Source of the DNA: Carcharhinus amblyrhynchos
Lineage: Eukaryota
DNA length: 64,000 nt
Assembly (NCBI GenBank): GCA_965287045.1
Contig: OZ336893.1
Coordinates: 34,348,001 to 34,412,000 of the forward strand
Direction: 5' to 3'
Positions 50,606 through 64,000 of the stretch are shown piece after piece (position 1 is the first letter of the stretch; each line of letters opens with the position of its first letter). The notes beneath the pieces were generated by a model, which was given only the letters and a program-made list of their open reading frames with translations, searched no databases and had not been told where the DNA came from. Both the position numbers and the translations under genes were made by a program.

Positions 50606-50874
50606 CATAGAATCCCTACAGCACAGGAGGCCAGCCAACCAAGCCTGCACCACCAACAATCCCACCCAGATCCTATCCTCTCAACCCCATGTATTTACCC
50701 TGCTAGTCACAGTGACCTTAAGGGGCTATTTATCACAGCCAATCCATCCAACCCACTCATTGGGCTGTGGGAGGAAATCCACAAGGAGAATGTACCAACT
50801 CCACACTGACTCAAGGCCTGAACCAACCAGGGTTCCTGGCACTGCAAGGTAGTGCCAACCACTGCCACCCTGCC
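50606..50874 (-). mobile_element. tRNA-derived SINE (HE1-like)
   Basis: catagaatccctacagcacaggagg tail, gttcctggcactgcaaggtagtgccaaccactgccacc head. Confidence 0.8.
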
Positions 50875-51399
50875 CTTTTATCTCCTCATTGTTTAAAGCC
50901 CCAAACACTCCTACTAGGTGAAGCAATTATTTGTCTACACTTCTTTCAATCTACTTTACTGTACTTGCTACTTACAAAGTGGTTTCTACACTGGGAGATC
51001 AAAAAGAAATTGGTCACTGTTTGCAAAACACAGGCAGTAAGGTCCACAAGCATGACTGAAAGTTTACAGTGGCCTGTCACTTTAATCCATCACCTACTCT
51101 CACACTGATCTGTCATTAGCCTTCTGCACTGTTCAGTGAAAAATCAACTCAAAAGATGAGATGCTGATTATCAAACTTGAAATTTGGCAGCCTCCCATAC
51201 TCAGTCACTAATTGCAGACTGGAAACTGTTCTCCACCCTACCTCTCCCATCTTGTTTCTTTTCCTGCTCCTTCACCGATCCCTTAGGCCTTGTAATTCAT
51301 TCTCTTCTGACTACCACACTATTACAGAGCTTCTCTTTTCTCATCCACTTCTTGCTCAAATCCTAATACATTTAACTTTTCCTAGTTCTGAACATAGGC

Positions 51400-51700
51400 A
51401 TCATGTAATCCCTATAGTAAAGGAGGCTGCTATTCAGCCCATCAAGTCTGTACCAACCATAATCCCACCCAGGCACTATTCCTGTAACCCCACACATCTA
51501 CTTTGCTTGACACTACGGTCAATTAGCATGGCCAATCGGCTTAACCTGCACAGCTTTGGACTATGGGAGAAAACTGGAGTAACTGGAAGAAATCCATGTA
51601 GGCATGGGGAGAACATGCAAACTCCACACAGGTAGTTACCCAAGACCAGAATTGAACCTGGGTCCCTGGGCACTGAGGCAGCAGTTCTAACCGCTGTGAT
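51400..51700 (-). mobile_element. tRNA-derived SINE (HE1-like) inserted in a decayed Penelope-like remnant (~51250-51780)
   Basis: gaacatgcaaactccacac, aattgaacctgggtccctggggcactgaggcagc; flanks ctagttctgaa and aaatgctgtctgacctgtggagtattccag resemble the 42996-43100 family. Confidence 0.8.
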
Positions 51701-53899
51701 GTGCAGTCTTTGACTTCAAAAATTTCTCTCTCCATAAATGCTGTCTGACCTGTGGAGTATTCCAGAATTGTTTGTATAGTTTGTATCCTGGCTGCTGATA
51801 GCCTTCCTTGCCCGTGTGTCATGTTGCAATTGCGTCATTAGGATATTGAGCAGAACTTGGACCGATCACAAATTTGCATTCAATGACTAGACCAAGATTG
51901 GGTCTAACCTCTGTAGTATAATACAAAGGACTGCTACACTTTAACGCAAGTTAAGCATTTTTGAGGTTAGTGATTGGTGTTACATGGCAAACAATAATCA
52001 CTGATTGCTTTAATTTAGGGTTTCAAGAACGTGCAAGTGAAAAGCATGATCATATCAAATGCCATTAGCTGCAGAACCATATTCAAAATAGTTAATTTTT
52101 CAGGTACCAACATGGCACACACTATACAGCTGACAGTACAATGACTGTATTACAACCAACAGTCCAGTTGATGTTCATATTGCATTTTAACACAAGAAAT
52201 CTAAATTTAACAGGATTTAAAAGACAATATCTCACTTCCTGCAAACAGAAGCAAATTTCGCTACACCCAATTACTTCTGGAACCAAGGTGTTGACAAGAA
52301 AATTATAAACTATATTAAAATCACCATTTGTAATAGTTGAAACAAAGCAACATCAACTAGAGCTTTAGCTTTGCTACACTCAATACAACTAAAATTTTAA
52401 GTTACTCCCACACATTTTAGATATTGCATTTGTTGACCCTATTCCTTACAACGCCCATAGATTTGTTGACGGTTAAAGCACAGGAGATGACCATTTGGCT
52501 ATTTGTGTCCACACTGCACAAAGATCTGATTACACTAATCTCATTTTTCAGCAGTTGGCCTATAGCCCTGGGCAGCCCACTTCCTGGTATTGTTGAAACA
52601 GCTTTTGAGCTAACAGTTACTATTCTTGAATATAGTGCATTTTTTTCTTGCAACTAAAAGTGATGAGTACTTTATAACCAACAGATAGAAAATGCCACAA
52701 AAAAGTTATTTCATCACAAAATACGAGGTTCAGAGGACAAAGTCAAGAGTTGAAGCCAAGTACAGCCATTAATACACAAAAATATTTCAGCAATTACTGC
52801 ACATGTAAAATTAAAATTACATATTACCAAAAACGTAAAACGTACCTAGAGCATTTAAACTCAGCTAAAATCAATTGACTTCAAAATGCATAATGATAGA
52901 CCATAAAGCAAGATACCTGATTACCACTGTTAATAGAAACAAAAATAGCTCATGCAGCCCACTCTCTTCCTTAATTTTTTTTTCCCCCCCTCAAAAGAAG
53001 CCAAACAATCCCATGTACTCAAATGACTCAAGTCTTTACTTCTGTTTGGACACATTTATAAACCCTCATACCTGCCCAGTTCTTATATTACCCCAGCAAA
53101 TTGGGAAGACAGATCTGAACATGAGGCATCTTATTTTGAAATGTGTATTGTACTAATAATTGAATAGCTTTTCTAAAATATCAGCACAAAGCCGCCAGAA
53201 TTACATCTTAGAAAACTTGTAACATAGCATTTAAGTGTCTCTGAATGGATTGTATCACAGATTAAATGTAGGAAAATTAGTTTTTTAGTAAGGTTTAATA
53301 AACCATAGTGGTTCAGTTTGTTACCTGCAGGACACACCCACAATCAGCAGGAATTTCCATTTTAGAGAAGGAAAAATCAAGGTGAAGCACTTTAGTAAGC
53401 TTTCAGGGCACCAACACAGCACAGGACAACGTAAGGCAAGTGTGTTGAATAGACACATAATTGGCAAATGAACTTCAACATAGGTAAGTGCAAGGTAGTG
53501 CACCTTGGTGGTAAGACGACCACACGCCTTGAATAAGATTCTGAATAGGATAGCAGAGCCAAGGAATCTAGGTGCACGGTGAAACAAATTCCCAGAAATA
53601 GTGATAGGTCAGCAGGGCCAAGAAAAATAAAACCAAGCTAAGAGGTTCATTAATAGAACTGAAAAGCAGAACAATTATGCACTGAGACCATAATTGACTG
53701 GGCTCCATATTAAAAAAGATATAGAATAGTTGGGAGAAGTTGCAAAGGATTCACAAGTGTGACACCACAACTGAGAAACCATCAGGAAAAACAGAGGCAG
53801 CCAAGGTAATGAAAATATTTTTAATGGGGCAGACAGAAAATACTTTCACTTGGGGAGTCTAATGGGTGATCTGCAAACTCTGTACATGCAGGACAGGTG

Positions 53900-54340
53900 G
53901 TGCTTGAAGGATCATGGGAGATTTGTGCATCCTCTTTGACATCTCATTTTTGTCACAATGTGCTCAGTGCCTTCCCAAATAAACCTTCTCCATTTTGGTT
54001 GGTCACCAGTCAGGGTCTCGTGCATGTCAGTGGAAATGTTTGGTCTCTTCAGAGAAGCTTTGAAGACATCTCCAAAACATTTCTGCTGACTTCCTGGGAG
54101 TATCCTGCTGTGACTGAATTCAAAGTAGAGCAGTTGCTTCAGGAGTCTGGCATCAGGCATGCAAACAATACACCCTACCCAGCTGGCTTTGAGTGATTAG
54201 TCTGGGCATGTTGACATGGGAGAAGACATTGAAACTGGGTCACATTACTTGCCACTAGATTTCATGAACCTTACAAGGGCACTACTGACGTGAAGGGCAC
54301 TTGTCCAGTGTTTTGTGGTACCTGTACTATAGAATATAGG
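53900..54340 (-). mobile_element. RTE-clade LINE 3' fragment
   Basis: MPDARLLKQLLYFEF..PGSQQKCFGDVFKASLK..DQPKWRRFIWEG resembles the RTE ORF C-terminus (MPxxRLPKQ.LY.EL..GGQ.KRFKD.LK..DR..WR). Confidence 0.75.
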
Positions 54341-54352
54341 AGCTTCCCAAGT

Positions 54353-56040
54353 AAACATAAGAACATAACAAATAGGAGCAGGAGTAGGCCATCTAGCCCT
54401 TTGAGCCTGCCCCGCCATTCAATAAGATCATGACTGATCTGTCGTGGCTCAGTTCCACATTCCCGCCTTCTCCCCATAACCCTTAATCCCCTCGCTTATC
54501 AAAAACCCATCAACCCGTGTCTTAAAAATATTTAGCGAGGCAGCCTCCACCACTTCAACGGGCAGAGAATTCCAGAGATTCACCACCCTCCGTTCTAAAC
54601 CGTCCCGTTCCGCCCCCCCCTTTATCTTGAGGCTGTGCCCCCTAGTCCTACTGTCCTTTGAGCACGAAAGGACTCTCCACCTCTATCCTATCCATCCCAT
54701 TCATCATCTTATATGTCTCAATGAGATCTCCCCTCATTCTTCTAAACTCTAACGAGTACAAGCCTAGTTTATTCAGCCTCTCCTCATAGCTCAACCCCCT
54801 CAACTCTGGTATCAGCCTAGTAAACCTCCTCTGCACTCCCTCCAAGGCCAAAATATCCTTGCGTAAGTGCGGCGACCAAAACTGCACATAGTACTCCAGC
54901 TGCGGCCTCACCAGTGCCCTATACAGCCGCAGCAAGACCTCCCTACTTTTATATTCAATCTCCCTCGCTATGAAGGCCAGCATCCCATTTGCCTTCCTGA
55001 CCACCTGCTGCACCTGCAGGCTGGGTTTTTGCGACTCATGCACAAGGACCCCGAGGTCCCTCTGCACCGTCACATGCTGCAGTTTTTCGCCACGCAAGTA
55101 ATAGTGGACCACCTCGCACTTGCCAACATTAAATTCCATTTGCCAGTTCCTGGCCCATTCGCCCAGCCTATCTAGATCCTTCTGCAGACTCTCCACACCC
55201 TCTGCGCAATTTGCCATTCCACCAATCTTGGTGTCATCAGCAAATTTCAACACCATACACTCAGTTCCCTCCTTCAGATCATCTATATAAATGGTAAATA
55301 GCTGAGGCCCCTGCACCAACCCCTGGGGCACTCCACTAGTCACCAACCTCCAATCCGAATAGCACCCATTGACCCCCGCTCTCTGCCTCCTATTTGACAG
55401 CCAATCCTCTATCCACGCTAACACCCTACCCCCAACTCCATGCCCCCTTAACCTTCTGCAATAACCTCGTGAGGTACCTTGTCAAACACCTTCTGAAAAT
55501 CAAGACAGACCACATCCACCAGCTCTCCTCTATCCACCACCCTAGACACATCCTCAGAGCTCCAATAAATTTGTCAGACATGACTGCCCCTTAACGAAAC
55601 CGTGCTGTGTCTGCTCTATCAAGCAATTCCCCTCAAGATGCCTCGCTACTTCCTCTTTGATGACAGATTCTAACATTTTACCTATAACAGACATTAAACT
55701 AACCGGCCTATAATTCCCTGCCTTTTGCCTGGCACCCTTCTTAAACAATGGCGTAACATTAGCCGTTTTCCAATCTTCCGGCACTTCCCCGGAATCCAGC
55801 GACGTTTGGAAATTAACCACCAAGGCATCCACTATCACCTCTGCCATTTCTTTCAGAACCCTTGGATGCATTCCATCCGGTCCTGGGGACTTGTCCACAA
55901 TCAGTCCCTCCAGTCTGTCGAGCACCGCCTGTCTAGTAACAATAATGTCATTGAGACCCTCCTGTCCTACCATCTTTCCATCGCTAACACCCCGCAAATT
56001 ATTCATGCCCTCCTCCATGAAGACCGAAACAAAAAAGTTA
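54353..56040 (-). mobile_element. Young 5'-truncated CR1 LINE (RT domain to 3' UTR) with small deletions and frameshifts
   Basis: KSPGPDGMHPRVLKE, NYRPVSL, QHGFVKGQSCLTNL, SGVPQG, KFADDTK, LYRALVRPQLEY; 3' part near-identical to 2761-3580. Confidence 0.95.
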
Positions 56041-56494
56041 AACCACTGTCTTCAAATCAAAGACTCAAAAATGACAAGAACGCAAGCACAAAGAGTAATT
56101 GATATAGATGCATTCAAGGGGAATGCTGGAAAGTTGTATGAGGGTGAAAGGAACAGAACAGTATGCTGACAGGGTTAGAAGAGGGTTAGGAAGCAGGCTC
56201 ACGTGAAGCAGAAATGTTGGCATAATCCAGCAAAGTGAAAATGGCGCTGTGTTGCACACTCAGGATGTAACACTATCCCTTCACTGTTTAAATAGCTGCT
56301 TTTCCCAATCCTATACAGATGATTTTAGGAGGAGCAACATCTTCAGTCTTGTCCCTAAAGTCTAATAATAATCCTTTACTGTTTTCCCACACCTTGGGCA
56401 TTGGAGTAGGAGAGCTGGGAAACAAATATTTGGAGCCAAGTAATATTAATACCATACATTTTCATTTTTGAAGCAAAGCGATCACTTTCATTTA

Positions 56495-56850
56495 AGGAGA
56501 TTAAAATGACTGGGCCTGCATTCTCTGGAGTTTAGAATGAGAGGTGACTTCATCAAAATCAAATTCTTACAGGGTAAAAAAGCTTTCCTTGATTGGGAGA
56601 TGTACGTCCAGAATCAGAGGCTGTGTCTCAGAATAAAAAAGGTAGGCCATCGAGGACTGTGAATCTTTAAATTCTCTACTAGGGGACTCTGGAGGTTCAG
56701 TTGAGTATATTGAAGATAGAGATTTCTATATAGTAAAGACATCAAGGAATATGGGGATAGTGCAGAAAAACGTCAGAGCAATATCAGCCATGATATAATT
56801 AAATACTGAAGCAGGCTCAAGGGGTTAAATGATCCATTCCTACGTCCCTT
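56495..56850 (+). mobile_element. Old CR1 3' fragment
   Basis: ttctctggagtttagaatgagaggtgac, atcagccatgatataattaaatactgaagcaggctcaagggg. Confidence 0.75.
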
Positions 56851-59309
56851 TATATTTTTTGATCCGTCAATGCCAGAGACAAGCTTCGATTAAAGACATC
56901 ACTTAAGTACTCTCTCTCTCCCCCCTCTAACTCTGGGAAGCTGAAACTAATTGTAGTATTCAATAGCTATTCACCCAAAATGAACCAATTTAGGGAAGTG
57001 AACAGAATATGAAACTTCCTGTTCCATGTGTCTTAGTCATACCTACACCTACTGGACTGAAGTTGTACACAGCCACCTTTAAATAAACATGTTCCATTTG
57101 TAATGGCTGCATTATGCTCAGTCAACATCCCTTGCCAATTTTTTTTTAAATCTCACTGGAAACAAACTTACAATCTTAGTCAAAAAGTTGTCAGCATTAA
57201 ACGAGCCAAAAGCACAGATTTATTTTCCAAGAATGGAAAAGAAACGTGACAAGGTTGGTGAACCAAAGACATTTCAGCATGTCATATACTACAATATTTC
57301 TATGTTAGCTGCAGGAAATCTCAATGGAGTAGTGTATATATGAATACACAAGTTAAATTCTGTTGCACAATGTCTAGATGAGGACATTTTTTTCCTAGGG
57401 TTAGACTGCAAGAACACATGCATTTACACCTCCAGAAACTCAGTGTGAAAAGGTGGATTAAACCAATGCTTCTCACGTCATAATAGTCTTTGGCAATGCA
57501 GGACTGATTTCATCAACAGGCTGCTGACTCAGAGGCAACTTTAAAGTCAGGTCCTCTATTTTCAGCTGGGCCATTCGCTGCCTGTGCTAGTAATTCTGCT
57601 ACCACCAGCTCAAATAGTTTAGATGACGACAGATTGTGTTGCTAATGTGAACCTTTGAGGAGGATGCACACTGGAATCAAGCAAGCAATTAATTCTGTAC
57701 AGAAATAAATCAGCAAAACCTCAAACTCAGACCCACGACACAATGTTACAGATGCTCGAGCACAATAAGAGAAAACAGTACAATGCAAAAGTTAAGTTGG
57801 CTGATCAGAAAGCACAATAAAAGTTCTTGGAAACAAAAACAAAATCAGATCACTACTTCCACAGGCAACATTTCAAGCATAAAATTACTCTGGCTTGTAA
57901 GTTTGAATAAGGAAGCACCATTTGGACCATGTACAATCACTATCCAAATGCCCTTTCCCAGCATCATCCACTGATGATTACACATGTATATATGGATATA
58001 TTAACCATATCCCTCTTTAATGAGAGGAAATATTTTACACATTCCAATAACGTAAAGGATTCTGCAATCCAAGTCAAAAAGATAAGTTTTCCTGCTTCTG
58101 CAAGGCAAAACTTTCCAAAGATTAGATGCCAATAAAGGCAATGAATGTGCTTAAGAAACTCAATCTACTGGCTTGCTTTCTTGTCAGCAAAAAGAAATGC
58201 ATAATTTGCATATCTGTACCTGTGTAAAGTGCAGTCTTCTATACAAGATTTCTAACATAGCTTATGATGCCCCCTGAAACTATTTTGCAATTGATAGAAA
58301 GCCTGTTCAACTGTACCACTGCAGACACAAACTGCCCAGAATTCTTGAATACAGAACTTGATTGAATGGAAACAGGAATACTAGCCACTCTTAGAAGTGG
58401 AAAATTTTCTTCAGAAGGGAAGTTCATAACTACCACATACAGATTATAAAAGTTAACCATGATTTTGGTCAAAAGTAGTGCAACTTTTCATACACCTCCT
58501 ATAAAAGTCAACATTTGTCCTTCACAGGTCAGAGCCCAAAGCTTTCAGAACCGAAGTGTATTCCTAGAGATACTAATTATTTAATTTCATTGTAACTGTA
58601 TAAATACAAACAATTGAATAATAGGATTTCTCTGGTGGAGTTGGTTTGCATTTTGTTCCAGAAACATGCACACCAACCCCTTGAAAATAACCCAGGTAAA
58701 AGTCAAAACAAATGACTTGTTCTAAAAAGACTGATTCTCAAAATTTTAGTTTTTACACAAACATGGCAAAAAAATGATAAAAATTCCACACAAGTATCTG
58801 GATGCGGAAAACCTGATATAAACAGAAAATGCTGGAAATATACAGGTCAGGCATCATTTGTAGGGCAAGTACTTTGGATAAAAGGTCAACTATTCAAATT
58901 TTATCCATGTCTCCAGACAGATGTTGCCTGACCAGAATATTTCCTTAAAAAATTCCCATACATTGTTAGCGTCTACATGATTAAATTCTGAATCTAAAGC
59001 CCACTCAATTTACTGGTGATGTCAAAGACACCAGAGCAGAGACAAAAACTTTAGTCTACTTGCAACCTATAACCAGTTTCCTTCCATTAGGCAAGTTTCA
59101 AAAGCTTCAATGGTATTTGTCACTGAAAATGCTCGTTTCAATTACAGTAGCTAATTCAACCAGAGATGGTTATAGTTACTTACAAAATGTAGTTCATGAC
59201 ATAGGTCAAAGATTAAACTGATGCCAGAGGCTTTGTTCAAGGCAGAAAGGTTCCAAGCAAAGGCCTCCACACTAAATAACAAAAGTGTTCAACCAAAAAA
59301 AAATTAAGA

Positions 59310-60045
59310 TAAGCATGTTGGCCTTTTTTTTTTACAAGAGGACTGCATAGAAGAACAACAATTCTTGTTACAAACGTACAGACTGGTTAAGACTGCATCT
59401 GGAGTACAATATGCAGTTTTGGTTGCCAGACTTAAGAAACCATATGCTTGCATTGGTGGTGATACAGCAAATGTTCACTAAATTGGAATGCAGCATCACA
59501 GCAGAGTGGTTTACACTGCTGCCTCAGTGCCAGGGTTTGAGTCCTGGCTTGGGTCACTATGTGGAGTTTGCACATTCTCCCTATGTCTGCATGAGTTTCC
59601 TCCCAAAGATGTGTGAGTTAAGTGGATTGGTCAATTGCTTCTTCATGTCAGAGGGATGAGCTTGGGTAAACACACTGGGTTATGGGAATAGGACCTGGGT
59701 GGGACTGTGGTCAGTGTAGACTCAAACAGGCCAAATGACCTCTTTTTGCACTGCAGGATTCTATGAGGGCATTATCCTACGTTGAGGAGCTGAGTGAATT
59801 GGGCTTGTATTCTCTGGAATCTAGAACAATAAGGTGACCTCATTGTAACCTACAAAATGCTGAAGGGGCTTGATTAGGCTGACACTGAGAAGTTGCTTCT
59901 GTTGGTCAGGGAGTCTAAAACAGAAGCATGGTCATTGGATAAGGGGCCAACCATTTAGAAAGGAGATCAAGGAGAGATTTTTCAATCTAAGGGTCACAAA
60001 TCCTCTACCCCAGGGTGTTGCAGATGCTCCACCATTGAAATTTTT
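59310..60045 (+). mobile_element. Old CR1 3' fragment interrupted by an HE1-like SINE (~59490-59765)
   Basis: ctggagtacaatatgcagttttgg (LEY..QFW) before and gggcttgtattctctggaatctaga after a SINE with gtggagtttgcacattctccc. Confidence 0.78.
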
Positions 60046-60529
60046 ACAGTAGGGAATAGACTCATTTACGTCAGTTTGGCAATAAATTACAGGAACAATC
60101 CAAATTTCTAGTGAATCCACGAACAAATGAAAACTTGTCCTTTTGATCACTAGGACTCAGTAACCTGCACAAAAACCTGACAAACGGCCATAACCACATG
60201 CATAATAAATCTGAACAAATATCTATACTCCAGCTATCTACAATTTATAATGGAGGTACATCGAAGACTAATCTGCATAGGAGTGAAGCTGCTCTTTCAC
60301 ACCATCATTAAAAGCTGGTTAACTAATTGCTATTTGCAATTTTTCAGTTACTACTACCACCACATAGAGGAATATTATTCTTCCACTTCAAGGAAGAATG
60401 GGGATCACAATAATAACCAACACATTTCAGAAATAATTCTACATTAGAACCAGTATGTGAAGTTACAGCACAGGAGGAGGCTATTCAGCCCATCTTATCC
60501 ATTCCAGCCTGAGGACATCGTGCAATACT

Positions 60530-60781
60530 TTAAGTTTGTGTCACAAGTAGGCTTAACACTACAAAGAAGTTACAGTGAAAATCCCCTAGTTGCCACACTC
60601 TGGCCCCTGTTCAGGTACATTGAGGGAGAATTTAGCATGGCTAATACACCTAACCAGTACATCTTTCAGACAGTGGAAGGAAACCCACAAATACACAGGA
60701 CGTGCAAACTCCGCAGTGACCCAAGCCAGGAACTGAACTCTGGTCTCTGGCGCTGAGGTCAAGGTGCTGACCACTGCCATC
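60530..60781 (-). mobile_element. tRNA-derived SINE (1690-1957 type)
   Basis: tcacaagtaggcttaacact, gtgaaaatcccctagttgccacactc, gtgcaaactccgcagtgacccaagcc. Confidence 0.85.
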
Positions 60782-61048
60782 ATGGATACTGGTATGCCAC
60801 TGATCTTTTCAAGCAATGAACTAATTTTAATCAGGCTACTTTAGGTAGCATCCAAAAAAGAGGCTGCAAATTTCTGAATTCCTAAAGTGGAGAGAACAAA
60901 AAAAACAGTTTTCCAGAGATGATAGTTGTCAACATCCCAGGAAGATAGAACAGGAATGCACCAAGTAGCAGAGCTGCCAAGGATCATGGTGAAGGTGCAA
61001 GTCATAAGTAATCTGAGCTACTTTACAGACACTTATCGGAACATGGAG

Positions 61049-61452
61049 CAGAAGAATGAGGGGAGATCTCATTGAGACGTATAAGATGATGAATGGGATG
61101 GATAGGATAGAGGTGGAGAGACTCTTCCCGCTCAAAAAAGACAGTAGGATTAGGGGGCACAGCCTCAAGATAAAGGGGAGGCGGTTTAGAACAGAGTTGA
61201 GGAGGAACTTCTTCACTCAAAGGGTGGTGAATCTCTGGAATTCTCTGCCCGTTGAAGTGGTGGAGGCTGCCTCGCTAAATATTTTTAAGAAGCGGGTTGA
61301 TGGGTTTTTGATAAGAGAGGGGATTAAGGGTTATGGGGAGAGGGCGGGAAAGTGGAACTGAGCCACAACAGATCAGCCATGATCTTATTGAATGGCGGGG
61401 CAGGCTCGAAGGGCTAGATGGCCTACTCCTGCTCCTATTTCTTATGTTCTTA
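61049..61452 (+). mobile_element. Young 5'-truncated CR1 3' end, opposite orientation to the other three young copies
   Basis: MRGDLIETYKMMNGMDRIEVERLFPL...GKWN differs by one residue from the 2853-3560 ORF end; tail tttcttatgttcttat. Confidence 0.95.
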
Positions 61453-62959
61453 TTAGAAGCTGAAATTTTGTTTGTGATTCAGAAAAATGGTTTAAACTAT
61501 GAAAAAGGTGTCCTTGTACTAAATCTAGTTTCCACAGTCACTTGACATATTTCCCCAAGTCACTCCAAATATTAGTCTGCTTGCAATGCTCTGATCTATA
61601 TTATAGACCTAACCTTACACGGTTGTCCTGCTGTTTGTGGGCAATAAAAATGATCACATGTAGCTTTAAATTCACAGGTGTATATTTAAGCAATACAAGG
61701 AACATGTTCAGAAAACATTAACCAACTCCTCTGAACTGTACAAATACTGCAACACTTAGTGCGCAGGGAAAGGTTCATATGCTGAATTTTATTGTTAATG
61801 CATATGACAAAAACCATGCAGAATTTGAGAGCAAAATTAATCTACTTTTGTAGCTCATTTTGGAATGATATGCAGTAGAAAACAATGGCAGTACTACAAT
61901 CATCAATTTTATTATTGCAGTCATGTGGCTATTGCTCAATAATCAATTAAAAGTGATTACCTGCACGTCACAAGCTCTTATAGTAATGGTCACAAAGTTC
62001 TGTCCCTATGGTTCAATAAGTAAATGCACGGCATTGACTGGTACCAATTCATACAATCCACGACATGGATCCACTGCTGGTTTCTGTTTATTTGTCAAAG
62101 GGCAAGGATATCAGTTTGTCTCTCCCAGGCATGCATTGAGGGATTGGGATAAGAGGGACAATACTCAAATCACTATCTATCACTCATGTTGGGAAACCAG
62201 AGCTGAAAGCCAGGAATTAACCTCTCCATCTACAATGCTCCATTTACTTGCCACTCACCTGAAAGGCGGCTGAAAACATGGTAGATTTGCAAGTATCTTG
62301 GTTAAATAAAATGTACTTTTGGTCTGTTGCTCCACTATAAGATGATACAACATATGCTGTAGCACTCAAACAAAGAAAACGTTTACTAGTTTTCAGAAAA
62401 GACTGTTGTTAGCAAAAATGCAAAAAGGCCAGTTTGGAAGGGGATACACAAAATGGTTAAAAGGTGGCTTTTAAAGCCTTTTAAGTTAGAAGGTTCCAGT
62501 TAATGAGAGCATAACAGCTGAAAAACAGCTGGCAAATTAATTGGGAAACAGCCAAGCAAAAGAAGCAGTGTGAAAATTGCAGCATTTACTTTAAAAATAG
62601 AGATAGGGAGACAAACACTGGTGAGAAGTGAATGAGGTTGATAATGTTCGGATTAGAACAAGAGGACAAGGATCTCTTACAGTCTAATCTTCACAATTCA
62701 ATCATTTTGTGGACAGAATTACATAGAAAATACAGCACGGAAACAAAGACACAGATTAACTAGTGCCCATTGACTTAAGCAATGTAAATCAACATTGCGA
62801 CAATGTCACTAGCCTTTCAGAGGCCAAAGCTAATGCGCTAGAGGCATAGGTGCAAATCAAAATAGTACAGCACAGGAACAGGCCCTTCAGCCCTCCAACC
62901 CTGTGCCAATCATGATGCTCGAAAGATAAAACCTTCCACCCTTTGTGTCCATATCCGAT

Positions 62960-63500
62960 CCAAAGACTGGGAATCCTGTGGTGATTAACTCGCCTCCGGA
63001 CTCAATTCCTGTCCACCATCTATAAAGGCACAAGTCAAAAGTGTGATGGAAAGAGTGCAGTTCCAGCAACACAAGCAGCACAATGCCACCGAACAGACAG
63101 CAGCCCAATTGACTGGCACCCCAAACATTACCTTCATTCATTCCCTTTGCCAACACACTTACCAGTTGCACTATAATAATTCACCAAGGTTCCTTCAACA
63201 GCACCTTCCAAAACCCACAACCTCTCCACCTAGAAGGGCAAGGGCAGCAGATGCACAAGAACACAACCACCTGCAAATTCCCCTCCAAGCCCCACAACAC
63301 TGAGTTGAAACTGCAACACCATTCATTCACTGGATAAGAATTGGAGCCTTATCACCATTCGTCAGTAGATCAAAATCTTGGAAGTCTCCAACAGTACTGT
63401 GGGTGTACCTACTACACCATGTGGCATGCAGTGGTTCAGCAATACCTTCTCAAGAGGAGTTAAGGATGGGCAATATATGCTGACATAGCCAACAGCACCC
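62960..63500 (+). mobile_element. Decayed LINE 3' end sharing its tail with the Deu-like SINEs
   Basis: gtccaccatctataaaggcacaagtc, cagcaccttccaaaacccacaacctctccacctagaagggcaagggcagcag, ending ttaaggatgggcaatatatgctg like the SINE tails at ~3835-3870. Confidence 0.6.
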
Positions 63501-64000
63501 AAGTTAAAATGCATTTAAGTGGGAATTGTGTCAGGTTTGATCAGGTTATCAGAAAGACAGTTCAGGGCCAAGATGATGCAGGCTTTTCAGCTGCTGGCTA
63601 ATACTCAGATGACAGCCAAAGGAAAGTGGTTAAAGGTTGTAGCAGTGAGCTTCTAAGATTTAACAATATCAGAATGCAAGTGATTTACAACCTACCCAGG
63701 GCTCATTGTCAAACTATAGCAAAAGCGGTTGCAAAAAGATATCAACCAATAAGAGGATGCTGTCTCAATAACTTGGAAGTCACCAAGACAATAACATGCA
63801 AAATGAAGAAAGATGGGAACAAGGTTGGAGAAGGGGCACACCAGAACATAGGCTGAGGAAAAGAAACTACTGGCAGCGTGGTGGAATGGTGACAAAGGCA
63901 CCTGAAGTGGACTGCAGATAAAGGAATCAGAGCACAAAAACGGTGGCAGAAGCAATTTGTCAACATTTTTTCTAATTTCCAAGTGTAATTAAACATAGAC

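Noticed and set aside
1-64000. CRISPR array, operon or prokaryotic defence system
   Set aside because: The sequence is vertebrate intronic DNA; no regularly spaced repeat-spacer array or dense gene cluster was seen

Overview
Eukaryotic (vertebrate) genomic DNA. The repeat content (HE1/V-SINE-like and Deu-domain-like SINEs, many CR1 LINE fragments, Penelope-derived pieces) points to a cartilaginous fish, probably a shark. The whole window lies inside one minus-strand gene, a Quaking (QKI/STAR family KH-domain RNA-binding protein) gene. Three internal coding exons are present with canonical GT-AG sites: 45699-45841 (143 nt), 25226-25342 (117 nt) and 9419-9562 (144 nt), matching QKI exons 2, 3 and 4. 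Exon 1 and exons 5 onward lie outside the window. The residues resemble the fish qkia paralogue more than mammalian QKI. The rest is intron, filled with decayed retroelements; almost all ORFs in the supplied track are spurious or TE-derived. Most notable: (i) short Penelope-like elements carrying minimal hammerhead-ribozyme cores, including a perfect 87-bp inverted repeat with a 13-bp flanking duplication whose core is sense to the QKI pre-mRNA, and a second copy folding back at the same point; (ii) near-identical young CR1 copies in inverted orientation bracketing exons 2-4; (iii) a retroelement tail in the branch-point window of exon 4 that brings an in-frame upstream AG. Exon coordinates are exact. 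Repeat boundaries are approximate and family names come from recognition, not from a database search.
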